From: Bacteroidetes bacterium GWF2_33_16
Lineage (GTDB): Bacteria; Bacteroidota; Bacteroidia; Bacteroidales; UBA12077
Direction of reading: 5' to 3'
NCBI GenBank assembly: GCA_001768565.1
Contig: MEOE01000014.1
Coordinates: 146,267 to 210,266, forward strand
DNA: 64,000 bases
Of this stretch, positions 1 to 9,812 are shown piece after piece; the stretch's first letter is position 1, and each line of letters opens with the position of its first letter. A model generated the notes under the pieces. That model did no database searches and was not told the origin of the DNA. It saw only the letters and a list, made by a program, of their open reading frames with translations. The translations under genes and the position numbers were made by a program.

Positions 1-240
1 ATAATTGGGTTGGGTTGTGCAAATTTTACAACTCTTAATAAGAAAATATTAGATAGTAATAATATAAATAATTTATATTTAGATTTAGTGTTAGATGATA
101 ATTTATACTTACTTTCAAATAATAACGATTATGAATTGTATTTAAAGTACATGAAAGAAAATTATAAAATGGATATTCAATACAAGGAAATAAAAAATGA
201 AACTAATTACAAAATAATTAAGTTTTTCATCGAGAATTAA
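1..240 (+). CDS. 3' end of a gene truncated by the window edge; hypothetical protein
   Basis: Frame 1 is open from base 1 to the stop at 238-240. The Asn/Tyr/Leu-rich tail has no recognisable motif. Confidence 0.3.
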   Translation: MIGLGCANFTTLNKKILDSNNINNLYLDLVLDDNLYLLSNNNDYELYLKYMKENYKMDIQYKEIKNETNYKIIKFFIEN

Positions 241-329
241 GAAATCTTCTTTAACAACAATTATTTTTCAATATAAAATTTATCTAATAGAAATTATAAA
301 AACTTATTTTATTAAGATTATACAAAAAT

Positions 330-2549
330 ATGTCATTATCAATATATCAATTTTCAGTATTTGACTATTTCTTTATAGCCATTTCAATTTTCTTTTTTTT
401 AGTATTAAAAATTAGAAAAGAATTTTTTCTAAAGTTTTCAGGTGTTTTCTTATTTATTACCATATTGCTTTATCAATTATTATGGATCTTAAAAGGTTTA
501 GATATTACAGATGAAGGATATATGTTAACCAAGTCATGGTATATGCTTCATGGGATGTGGAAAGAAAATATTGATATTTTATGGGGAAGTACTTTATTTA
601 ATGGTTTATGGCTTAGTATTATTGGTAAACCATTAGTAATATGGGAACGAATTGGAGTTGTATTATTGATTTCATCAACTTATTTAATCATATTTCAAAT
701 TCTGCGTAATTATTTTGATACAATTAAATTATTTATAATTGTTTTTATTACAAATCTGTTTGCTACAAGTCAATTGGTTTATACCTTGAATTATAATAAT
801 ATACCAGTTTTTTTCGTTTTGGTTGCTATACTTTTTATGGTTAAATATATTGAAACGGATAAAAAATATTTTCTTATACTTTTAGGTATTTTCCTGAGTA
901 TGGCTTTATTCTCTAGATTTACTTTTGCTATATTTTTAATTTTACCATTTCCATATATTTTTTACCAGTATTACTTCTTAAAGAAAAATAAAAAAGATCT
1001 CTTAAAAAGTATTTATAATTCAATTATTGGTATTTCTATCGGAGTAATAATAGCAATAACTATCCTTATTTTTACTAACTCATTGGGAGTTTATATAGAT
1101 AAAATAATTTTAAAGTTTGGAGCCATTGGTTCAAGTGAAATTATAAATAGTCATTCGAGTTCTGAGCTTATAAGCAGATATATTGAAGATTTTTGGCAGA
1201 TTGCTACGTTTACATTTGTTTTTTCCATTTTATATTTTGTTCCTGTTATTATATCAAAAATTAAAATTAATAAATATTATAAAGTACTGCTTTATATATT
1301 GTTAGGCTTACTGTTATATTATTTTGCTGATATTAAAAGGGATTCAATAAAATGGCAATATATAATTTTAAGTTTCATATTCTCATCCTTAATGTTATAC
1401 TCGTTTTTTTCAAAATTTGATAAACGAAAAAGTATACTGGTAATTATATCTTTAGGATTTATGCTCTTTTCCTTTATAGGTTCTGATAATGGTATTTTAA
1501 TGACTATTTATTCAGGAAGTTGTGTACTTGCATTCTGTATAGCGTTATTATCGATTGAGAGCTTAAAAACTACCATTAATAACTTTGAAGTAAGGTTTGA
1601 TATTCCTGTTTATATTATACTTGGGTTTATTGTTTTTTTGATAATAATAAATAAAAACAATGATGTTTATAGAGACAGACCCAGAAATGAATTAGTTGTT
1701 CCATTTAAAACAGAAGCATTGAATGGCATATATAGCCATGAATTAAGAGTTAATGCAGTCGATAGTATGGTATTAGCTTTTAATCAAATATCAAAAAACG
1801 ATCAAAAAACTCTTGCTTTTGGTTCAAATCCAATGTTTCATTTTATAACCAATAGTAAACCATTTTTATCTAATCCTTGGTTTTTTAGCCTTGATGATTT
1901 TAATAAAAAAATAAATGCTAATGAGTTTCCTGATTTTATTGTTTTTTCTAAAAAAAATCCTCGAAGCATTAATTGGCCAATTTTTAATGAAATTATTTAT
2001 AATAATGAGGACAGTATTGACTTCAATTTTTTGCAAGAATTCATTATTAACAATAATTATGAACTTGTGTATTCAAATTCTATGTTTGATATTTATGCAT
2101 CAATATATTCTATTTACCAAAAAGACGGAGAAAATATTATAGATGGTAAAAATGATGAATTACTAGATTATTTTGTACCATATAATGGGAATACAAAAAT
2201 AATGCTTGATAGTTCCATTATTCATAAGAGTAAATACTCGTTCAAGATATTAAGTGCTCAAGATGATGAAATTCATGGAATATTGAAACCCAATTTACTT
2301 GAGAATGAAGTTTATATTTTTGAAGCATGGGTCTATTTCACTTCTCCAAATACTCTATGGGTACAAATGGGTGGGTCGATAAGCTTATACAGTCAAAATA
2401 TTGAAGCTGAAAAGTGGACAAAGATTAAATGTATAAAAAAAGTAAGTGATTCAAGACTTTTAATAGGGATTCCAAATTTGCCTTCAGGAGAATATATATT
2501 GATTGATGAAATTGCATTGTATAATGTAAAAAAAATTAAAACATATTAG
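330..2549 (+). CDS. Polytopic GT-C-fold-like membrane glycosyltransferase (ArnT/PMT-like) with C-terminal soluble beta-sandwich (CBM-like) domain
   Basis: About 13 predicted TM helices. An acidic TDEGY motif sits in the first extracytoplasmic loop, as in GT39/GT83 enzymes. The last ~140 aa (about 2130-2549) are soluble and resemble CBM4_9-type modules. The gene sits in a polysaccharide locus. Confidence 0.5.
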   Translation: MSLSIYQFSVFDYFFIAISIFFFLVLKIRKEFFLKFSGVFLFITILLYQLLWILKGLDITDEGYMLTKSWYMLHGMWKENIDILWGSTLFNGLWLSIIGKPLVIWERIGVVLLISSTYLIIFQILRNYFDTIKLFIIVFITNLFATSQLVYTLNYNNIPVFFVLVAILFMVKYIETDKKYFLILLGIFLSMALFSRFTFAIFLILPFPYIFYQYYFLKKNKKDLLKSIYNSIIGISIGVIIAITILIFTNSLGVYIDKIILKFGAIGSSEIINSHSSSELISRYIEDFWQIATFTFVFSILYFVPVIISKIKINKYYKVLLYILLGLLLYYFADIKRDSIKWQYIILSFIFSSLMLYSFFSKFDKRKSILVIISLGFMLFSFIGSDNGILMTIYSGSCVLAFCIALLSIESLKTTINNFEVRFDIPVYIILGFIVFLIIINKNNDVYRDRPRNELVVPFKTEALNGIYSHELRVNAVDSMVLAFNQISKNDQKTLAFGSNPMFHFITNSKPFLSNPWFFSLDDFNKKINANEFPDFIVFSKKNPRSINWPIFNEIIYNNEDSIDFNFLQEFIINNNYELVYSNSMFDIYASIYSIYQKDGENIIDGKNDELLDYFVPYNGNTKIMLDSSIIHKSKYSFKILSAQDDEIHGILKPNLLENEVYIFEAWVYFTSPNTLWVQMGGSISLYSQNIEAEKWTKIKCIKKVSDSRLLIGIPNLPSGEYILIDEIALYNVKKIKTY

Positions 2550-2609
2550 TAAAATAGATAACACTCTATTTTTTTCTTATAAGTTATTTTATAATAAAAA
2601 TATATTAAA

Positions 2610-3236
2610 ATGAAAAAAGTATTGATTTTGGCACCACATACTGATGATGGAGAATTTGGCTGTGGTGGAACAATTGCAAAATTAAGAGAATCTGGATCTG
2701 AAGTATATTATGTAGCCTTTTCTACCTGTGAAAAATCTTTACCTGAAAATTTACAACCAGATACTTTAAAAAGAGAACTATTAAAAGCAACTAATTGTCT
2801 TGGAATACCCAAAAAGAATGTAATTATATATGATTATCCAGTTCGAGATTTTCCAAAATTCAGACAAGATATTCTTGAAAATATGATTGTATTATCTCGA
2901 GATATAAAGCCTGATCTAGTATTTATGCCCTCTATTCAAGATATTCATCAAGATCATCATACTATTGCATCTGAAGCAATGCGAGCTTTTAAAATGACAA
3001 GTATATTGGGATATGAATTACCCTGGAACAATTACAGCTTTAGAAATCAAGTTTTCTTTCCTTTAAATACTAGTCATGTTGATTTAAAAGTTGCTGCAAC
3101 AAATTGCTACGAATCACAAAAAGGACGAAATTATTTGGATGAAAATTACATTAGAGGAATTATTCGATCACATGGTGTGCAAATAGGTGTAGAATTTGCT
3201 GAGGTATTTGAAACTGATAGATTTATTATTAAATAA
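2610..3236 (+). CDS. PIG-L/LmbE family deacetylase
   Basis: N-terminal LILAPHTDDGEFGCGGT matches the AHPDDE-x-GxGG zinc-site motif of PIG-L deacetylases. There is also a HQDH motif. Confidence 0.85.
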   Translation: MKKVLILAPHTDDGEFGCGGTIAKLRESGSEVYYVAFSTCEKSLPENLQPDTLKRELLKATNCLGIPKKNVIIYDYPVRDFPKFRQDILENMIVLSRDIKPDLVFMPSIQDIHQDHHTIASEAMRAFKMTSILGYELPWNNYSFRNQVFFPLNTSHVDLKVAATNCYESQKGRNYLDENYIRGIIRSHGVQIGVEFAEVFETDRFIIK

Positions 3237-3242
3237 TTTTTT

Positions 3243-3947
3243 ATGAAAGTTGCTATTCATCAGCCCCATTATTTTCCTTGGTTAGGCTATCTTAATAAAA
3301 TGTCAAATGTAGATAAATTTATTTTATTAGATGATGTTCAATTAACAGATAGTTCAAATATGTTTAGAAATCAGTTATTAACATTAAATGGTTCTCAAAA
3401 ATATATTACAATTCCATTTATTAAGAATGGGTATATGCAAAAAAGCTATAACCAGTTAGAAATTAATCCACTAATTGATTGGCAAAAGTTGCATTCTAAT
3501 TTTATTAAGGAAAATTATAGGAAAGCTCCATTCTTTAATGAAGTTTGGGAGAAAATAAAAATCATTTTCGAAAAAAAGTACTTTCTATTAAGCGATGTAA
3601 CAATTGATACAATTCTTTTATTAAAGGATATTTTTAATATCTCTACGGAAATATTAATGCAGAGCAAACTTGAATATCCCTCCGACAGTAAAAAAAATCA
3701 GCTAGTTCTCGATCTTTGCATTGCAGTTAAATCTAATTATTATTTGTCAGGTAAAGGAGCAAAAAAATATATGGAACTAAATCCCTTTACAGAGAAAGGA
3801 ATTGTAGTCGAATTCCAGAATTTTAATATGGCAGAGTATCCGCAGTTTTCAAATAAAAATCAGTTTATTCCAGGGCTAAGTGTTCTTGATATGCTTTTTA
3901 ATATTGGAATTGATGAAAGTATTGTAATTTTTAATAAACAAAAATAA
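3243..3947 (+). CDS. WbqC family protein
   Basis: N-terminus MKVAIHQPHYFPWLGYLNKM is the hallmark start of WbqC-like proteins (PF08889). The size (~234 aa) is typical. Confidence 0.8.
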   Translation: MKVAIHQPHYFPWLGYLNKMSNVDKFILLDDVQLTDSSNMFRNQLLTLNGSQKYITIPFIKNGYMQKSYNQLEINPLIDWQKLHSNFIKENYRKAPFFNEVWEKIKIIFEKKYFLLSDVTIDTILLLKDIFNISTEILMQSKLEYPSDSKKNQLVLDLCIAVKSNYYLSGKGAKKYMELNPFTEKGIVVEFQNFNMAEYPQFSNKNQFIPGLSVLDMLFNIGIDESIVIFNKQK

Positions 3948-3952
3948 ATTCA

Positions 3953-5116
3953 ATGAAAATTGTTCATATTACATATATTTATATTGATGGATTTAGTTAC
4001 CAAGAAAATGAATTGCCTAAAACACATGCTCAACTTGGTCACGAAGTGACAATGATATCTACGCAAAATTTTGCTGGATCAATAAATAAAAGTCATATTC
4101 ATGAGCCTGTTAAAGACAAAAAGCCATATTTTATTGATGGAGTAAAAGTAATCCGATTACCACTAAAAATTAATATTGATTATAGATTCTCAGTTTTAAA
4201 AGATTTATATGAAACTTTAGAATCTGAAAACCCAGATTTAATTTATTCACATGGAGGAGCATATTTAAATTTAAAAATAGTTGAATCATATAAGAAAAAG
4301 CACCCAAATTGTTATTGGTGTTTAGATTTTCATGGAGAATACTATAATACTGGAACAAACTTTATTTCAAGGTTCTATCATAAATACTTCTTTAGATTTA
4401 TTATCAAGTCTGCTTTTAAATATGCAAATATAGGTTACTACGTTACTCCGCTTGTTGGTATGTTTACAGAAGAGATGTATAAATTACCAAAACAAAAACT
4501 TAAGATGCTTCCTTTAGGATTTGACTTATCACTAGTAGATTTTGAAAATAGAATTACACATCGCGAAGAAATAAGATCAAAATTTAATATTAAGAATAAC
4601 GATATTGTAATAATCACAGGAGGCAGAATCGAATCAGAAAAGAATACAGTTGAACTTGTTGATGCATTTAAAAAAATTAATAAAGAAAATATTCATTTAA
4701 TCATTTTTGGTAAAATAGTTGATGAATATAAGGAGGAATTAGAAGAAACCATTGCCAATCATCCAAATGTTCATTTAGCAGGCTGGTTAACTACAAAAGA
4801 AATTAACGATTATTACCTTGCCTCTGATATTGCATGTTTCCCTGGTGGGCAATCGGTCCTTTGGCAGCAGGCAATTGGTTGTGGTCTTCCTCTTTGTGTT
4901 AAATACTTTTATGGATTAGAATATCTAGATTTGGGTGGAAATGTTCGATTTCTTTATAAGGACGACCCTGAAACAATAAGTACCGCACTTAATGAAATAA
5001 TTGAGAACAAAGAATTAATGAATTCAATGGCTAATGTTGCAATCCAAAAAGGTTGTGAGTATTTTTCGTATAAAAATATTGCTCAAACAGTTATTGATGA
5101 TATGAAATTCTTTTAA
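3953..5116 (+). CDS. GT-B glycosyltransferase, family 4-like
   Basis: The C-terminal half has the GT1/GT4 pattern (ITGGRIESEKN ... FPGGQS ... GCGLP). Polysaccharide locus context. Confidence 0.75.
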   Translation: MKIVHITYIYIDGFSYQENELPKTHAQLGHEVTMISTQNFAGSINKSHIHEPVKDKKPYFIDGVKVIRLPLKINIDYRFSVLKDLYETLESENPDLIYSHGGAYLNLKIVESYKKKHPNCYWCLDFHGEYYNTGTNFISRFYHKYFFRFIIKSAFKYANIGYYVTPLVGMFTEEMYKLPKQKLKMLPLGFDLSLVDFENRITHREEIRSKFNIKNNDIVIITGGRIESEKNTVELVDAFKKINKENIHLIIFGKIVDEYKEELEETIANHPNVHLAGWLTTKEINDYYLASDIACFPGGQSVLWQQAIGCGLPLCVKYFYGLEYLDLGGNVRFLYKDDPETISTALNEIIENKELMNSMANVAIQKGCEYFSYKNIAQTVIDDMKFF

Positions 5117-5256
5117 TATTTAATCACTAATTTATTAAGAATACATTTATAATTATTAATATCTATTTCTTTTGTATTCTTATTTTTGTAAAAAAAACAT
5201 TTCAATTAAATAAATCCAGTAAACACATTCAATAATTAATTGGGATTATAAATTAC

Positions 5257-6591
5257 ATGAATTTTAAGATTTCATCAAAAATCAGGTTTCTTATCCAAGT
5301 TTTGAACGAAAGTGTATTTTTAAAAAATGTACTTTTTGTATCAGGAGGTACAATTTTTGCACAATTTTTAGTTTTACTTTTTTCTCCTGTTATTTCCAGA
5401 ATATACTCAGCAGAAGATTTTGGAATTTTCCAGCAATATCAAGCAATTTTATCATTTTTATTAGTAATGAGTGGATTAAGGTACGAATTGGCAATAATGG
5501 TACCCAAAGAAAAAAAATCTGCATTTAACTTGTTAATATTATCAATTTTAATCAATGTTGGTTTTTCATCTATTATTTTAATTTTAGTATTCATACTTGA
5601 TCTATTTGGGTATTCATTTAGTTTAATCAGAGGGATGATTCATTTGGTTTATTTTATTCCTTTTGCTTTACTAGGTGCATCTTTATATCAATCTCTTAAT
5701 AATATGGTTATAAGAGAAAAAGAGTTTAAGAAAATAGGAACAACAAAAATAATTCAATCAACAGGTTTGGTTGGTGGACAGGTTATTGTTGGAGGCTTTT
5801 GGGATAAAACACATGGTTTAATATGGGGTGATTTATTGAGTAAATTTCTTGGAATTTCAACTTTTATTCGTGTCTTATATAAAAAAAATAAACAATATTT
5901 ATTAACACTTAATTGGAATGAACTAAAAGTACTAGGAAAAAAATATAAGAAATTTCCTCTACTATCTGTTCCATCAGGATTAATAAATGTAGCTGGAATA
6001 ACAATGCCAACTTTTTTAATTGGTAATTATTTTGGATTATCTGTTTTAGGCTTTTATGCACTTGTTGATCGTATTTTTGCAGCTCCAGCTATGCTTATTG
6101 GGCAATCTGTATCACAAGTCTATATGGGTGATTTTATAGATTTATCACATACTAACCCTGATGCACTTTTAGCAAGATTTAAAAATCTTATTAAGAAAAT
6201 AGGTCTATTAACATTTATTCCTTATAGTTTGGCCGCAATTTCTGCTCCATTCCTTTTTGGTTGGGTTTTTGGACAAAACTGGAGTGAGGCTGGAATAATC
6301 TTTGCAATATTAGCCCCTATGCAATTCATAAGTATTATTGTTTGGCCGCTTATACCTACACTTAATTTATTGGAACGTCAGAATTGGCAATTAGTATGGG
6401 ATTTTTTAAGATTATTATTAGTTATTTTAGTTTTTGCTTTTTCACATTATTTTAATTTATCTCCAAGATTATCTATTTTCCTTTATGGTGTTGTTATGTT
6501 ATTTTCTTATGTTATTCATCTAGGTTTATCATATATTGCAATAAAAAGAAGAATAAAACAATTTAATGGATTATCTATTAATGATAACTAA
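5257..6591 (+). CDS. wzx: Oligosaccharide flippase (Wzx, MOP superfamily)
   Basis: 444 aa with ~12 TM helices. The N-terminal SGGTIFAQFLVLLFSPVISRIYSAEDFG pattern is typical of Wzx flippases. Confidence 0.75.
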   Translation: MNFKISSKIRFLIQVLNESVFLKNVLFVSGGTIFAQFLVLLFSPVISRIYSAEDFGIFQQYQAILSFLLVMSGLRYELAIMVPKEKKSAFNLLILSILINVGFSSIILILVFILDLFGYSFSLIRGMIHLVYFIPFALLGASLYQSLNNMVIREKEFKKIGTTKIIQSTGLVGGQVIVGGFWDKTHGLIWGDLLSKFLGISTFIRVLYKKNKQYLLTLNWNELKVLGKKYKKFPLLSVPSGLINVAGITMPTFLIGNYFGLSVLGFYALVDRIFAAPAMLIGQSVSQVYMGDFIDLSHTNPDALLARFKNLIKKIGLLTFIPYSLAAISAPFLFGWVFGQNWSEAGIIFAILAPMQFISIIVWPLIPTLNLLERQNWQLVWDFLRLLLVILVFAFSHYFNLSPRLSIFLYGVVMLFSYVIHLGLSYIAIKRRIKQFNGLSINDN

Positions 6592-7915
6592 TAAAACAAG
6601 AATTACTTTAAGTTCAGAAAGAATAATAACAATTATTTTAGTTATAATATATGTTTTTATAACCGATAGGATATATAAAGCATGGCTTTATCCAAACTTT
6701 GATTATTTTGGTTACCATTATAAATCCCCATCATTATATTTACTAATTATTACACACTTATTCGCAATACTTCCTTGTCTTTGGATTCCAATTAAATTAA
6801 AAAGGCCAACAATATCAATATATTGGTTTGTTTATTTATTACTTTATATTCCTTCACAATTGTATCCAATCTATATTGGTTTAAATAATAATACCGACTT
6901 GCTTTTGCTATCAATAGTTTTATTTTTTTCAATAAATATTATTGGTAGCACCTATTTGCTTCAACAATACAGAATAAAACCAATAATTAAGTTTACCGAT
7001 CGTCAATTTAATTTCTTTTTAATTATTATAAGCGTAATCTCTATTTTGTATTTAATCAATATATATGGACGATCTATTAATTTTATTGGATACAAAGATA
7101 TATATACATTTAGACTTAAAAATGCTCAATTAGCTCAAGGAACTATGGCTGGATATGTTATACTTGCATTGGGTAGCAGCATATTCCCAATAATTATGGC
7201 TAGGGGGATTATAGATAAAAATAAATTTCTAATTATTTTCTCAATCGTAGGACAAATATTCCTTTTTTCAACACAAGGTGCTAAGTCAAATTTACTTGCT
7301 CCAATTATTTTATTATTTGTATATTTTATTGTTTATAAAAAAGAAAGTAATTTTGGTAATAGGCTAACTAAGTATTTAATAATTTCCTTAGCATTAATAC
7401 TTTTAATTGCCACACTTATTCCAATTAATAACTCGAGTATTGCATTTTATGCAATTAGTGAGATATTTGTCCGTATCTTTAGTATGGAAGGACTATTAAC
7501 TGCACAATATTATAGTTTTTTTAGTGAACATGCTTATACCTATTATACACATATAAATTTTATCGGGAAAATTTTTACCTATCCATATGGAAGTGTTCCT
7601 TTAGGAAAAGTTATTGGATTTGAATTTACTGGTAATCAATTAGTAAATTCAAATGCGTCTTTTATTGCTACCGATGGAATAGCTGCTTTAGGATTGGTAG
7701 GTATTTTTATTATTTCATTTATAACTGCAGCTGTTTTTTTCATAATCGATTCAATTTCAATTGACTTAGATGTAAATTATACGACTATTGCACTTGCATT
7801 TATTACATTAAATTTATTAAATAGTTCTCTTTTCTCTACACTTTTATCTGGAGGATTATTTTTAAGTATGATTATATTCAATTTAACACCAAGGAAAGAA
7901 CTTAAAGGTGGTTAA
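6566..7915 (+). CDS. Polytopic membrane protein, probable O-antigen/oligosaccharide repeat-unit polymerase (Wzy-like)
   Basis: 449 aa with more than 10 TM helices and no soluble domain. It overlaps wzx by 26 nt. Position in the locus is typical for wzy. Confidence 0.5.
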   Translation: MDYLLMITNKTRITLSSERIITIILVIIYVFITDRIYKAWLYPNFDYFGYHYKSPSLYLLIITHLFAILPCLWIPIKLKRPTISIYWFVYLLLYIPSQLYPIYIGLNNNTDLLLLSIVLFFSINIIGSTYLLQQYRIKPIIKFTDRQFNFFLIIISVISILYLINIYGRSINFIGYKDIYTFRLKNAQLAQGTMAGYVILALGSSIFPIIMARGIIDKNKFLIIFSIVGQIFLFSTQGAKSNLLAPIILLFVYFIVYKKESNFGNRLTKYLIISLALILLIATLIPINNSSIAFYAISEIFVRIFSMEGLLTAQYYSFFSEHAYTYYTHINFIGKIFTYPYGSVPLGKVIGFEFTGNQLVNSNASFIATDGIAALGLVGIFIISFITAAVFFIIDSISIDLDVNYTTIALAFITLNLLNSSLFSTLLSGGLFLSMIIFNLTPRKELKGG

Positions 7916-8088
7916 AGTAAAATAATCTAACTTTTTATTTGATTTATTAATATCTTTACTTTTTTTTTAAAAAATATAACTTAAAGTGCAAATGGTCAAT
8001 GGATTATTTATTAGTATCTTTGAGAATTATTTCAGGTTTTATTATTTTGAATACGAATAAATTATATTAATATTTTTTTTAATTTAAT

Positions 8089-8733
8089 ATGAGCAGATTA
8101 TTAGTCCTAATAAAAATGTTGTTAAATCTCCCTTTGCGTTTATTTTCAAAGATTTCTGTATTTGCAATAATTAAAAAAAGTATAATTCATTCAACAGCAT
8201 CGATTCAATCAGGAACTCGTTTTTATAATTCTAGAATTGAAGATTATTCTTACATTTCGAGAGATTGTGTTATTGTAAATACTATTATTGGTAAGTTTTG
8301 TTCTATAGCCGATAATGTAATTATTAATGCAGGAAAACATCCTTTAAATTTTGTGTCTTCATCTCCTGTTTTCTATTCAAAAAACAACTGTTTAAAAAAA
8401 TGTTTTAACGAGATTTCTTATAATGAATATGATTCAACAATAATTGGAAATGATGTATGGATTGGAACACATGCTTTTATTAAGGGGGGGATTAGCATAG
8501 GTGATGGAGCTGTGATTGGTGCTTATACTATAGTTACAAAAGATGTTGAACCCTATACTGTTATAGTTGGAAATCCAGGCAGAGTTTTAAAGAAAAGATT
8601 TGATGATGACTTAATTAAGAAATTATTAAAGCTTAAATGGTGGAGTTTTAATGAAGATTTATTGAGGAAATGTTCATCAAAGATGAATAATGTAAATGAA
8701 TTTATAGATTTCTGTGAGATAATTAAAAAATAA
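8089..8733 (+). CDS. Hexapeptide-repeat O-acetyltransferase (CatB/Vat-like xenobiotic acyltransferase family)
   Basis: Left-handed beta-helix repeats: IGNDVWIGTHAFIKGGISIGDGAVIGAYTIVTKDVEPYTVIVGNPGRVLKKRF. Confidence 0.8.
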   Translation: MSRLLVLIKMLLNLPLRLFSKISVFAIIKKSIIHSTASIQSGTRFYNSRIEDYSYISRDCVIVNTIIGKFCSIADNVIINAGKHPLNFVSSSPVFYSKNNCLKKCFNEISYNEYDSTIIGNDVWIGTHAFIKGGISIGDGAVIGAYTIVTKDVEPYTVIVGNPGRVLKKRFDDDLIKKLLKLKWWSFNEDLLRKCSSKMNNVNEFIDFCEIIKK

Positions 8734-8767
8734 TTTTAACTTAAGTTTTTTTTAAAAAATATTTAAT

Positions 8768-9805
8768 ATGTTTACAAACAAGGTGCTTTTAATTACTGGT
8801 GGGACTGGCTCTTTTGGCAATGCTGTATTAAAAAGATTTTTAAATACAGATATTAAAGAAATTAGAATCTTCTCTCGTGATGAAAAGAAGCAGGATGATA
8901 TGCGTCGTTACTACAACAATTCAAAGATTAAATTTTATATTGGCGACGTTAGAGATATAAATAGTCTTAATAATGCAATAATTGGTGTTGATTTTATATT
9001 TCATGCGGCAGCATTAAAACAAGTACCCTCCTGCGAATTTTTTCCAGTAGAGGCTGTAAGAACAAATATTCTTGGAACGGATAATGTGCTTCAGGCCGCA
9101 GAACAATATAGAGTTAAACGTGTTGTTGTTCTAAGTACAGACAAGGCAGCCTACCCAATAAATGCAATGGGAATGTCTAAAGCATTAATGGAAAAAGTAA
9201 TGGTAGCCCGTTCAAGAAGTAATGATTCTTCAAAACAGATTTTTTGCGGTACACGTTATGGAAATGTTATGGCTTCTAGAGGATCGGTTATACCTTTATT
9301 TATTGAACAGATTAAAGAAGGTAAGACGTTAACTATTACAGATCCCAATATGACTCGTTTTATGATGACACTTGATGATGCTGTAGATTTAGTTCTCTAT
9401 GCTTTTGAACATGGTGTCCCTGGAGATATTTTTGTACAAAAGGCTCCTTCAGCAACAATTGAAACTCTCGCTAAAGCTCTAATTGAACTTTACAACTCAA
9501 ATAATGAGATAGTTGTTATTGGTACCAGACATGGTGAAAAATTGTACGAAACTCTTGTTAATCGCGAGGATATGGTGAAAGCAGAAGATTTAGGAAATTA
9601 TTTTAGAATACCTGCTGATAATAGAGATCTTAACTATGCCCAGTATTTTTCTGAAGGAATTCCTGATGTTTCCAAATATGAAGAGTATCATTCTCATAAT
9701 ACAGAACTGTTGGATGTTGAAGGAATGAAAAAACTACTTCTAAAGCTTCCAATTATTCGAAAAGATGTGCTTGGAGAAGAAAATTCTAACCAATATCCTG
9801 AGTAA
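8768..9805 (+). CDS. fnlA: UDP-GlcNAc 4,6-dehydratase/5-epimerase (FnlA/CapE/WbjB)
   Basis: LLITGGTGSFGNAVLKRF Rossmann motif, TRFMMT motif and 345 aa length. It is followed by fnlB- and fnlC-like genes. Confidence 0.85.
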   Translation: MFTNKVLLITGGTGSFGNAVLKRFLNTDIKEIRIFSRDEKKQDDMRRYYNNSKIKFYIGDVRDINSLNNAIIGVDFIFHAAALKQVPSCEFFPVEAVRTNILGTDNVLQAAEQYRVKRVVVLSTDKAAYPINAMGMSKALMEKVMVARSRSNDSSKQIFCGTRYGNVMASRGSVIPLFIEQIKEGKTLTITDPNMTRFMMTLDDAVDLVLYAFEHGVPGDIFVQKAPSATIETLAKALIELYNSNNEIVVIGTRHGEKLYETLVNREDMVKAEDLGNYFRIPADNRDLNYAQYFSEGIPDVSKYEEYHSHNTELLDVEGMKKLLLKLPIIRKDVLGEENSNQYPE

Positions 9806-9812
9806 ATAAGAA

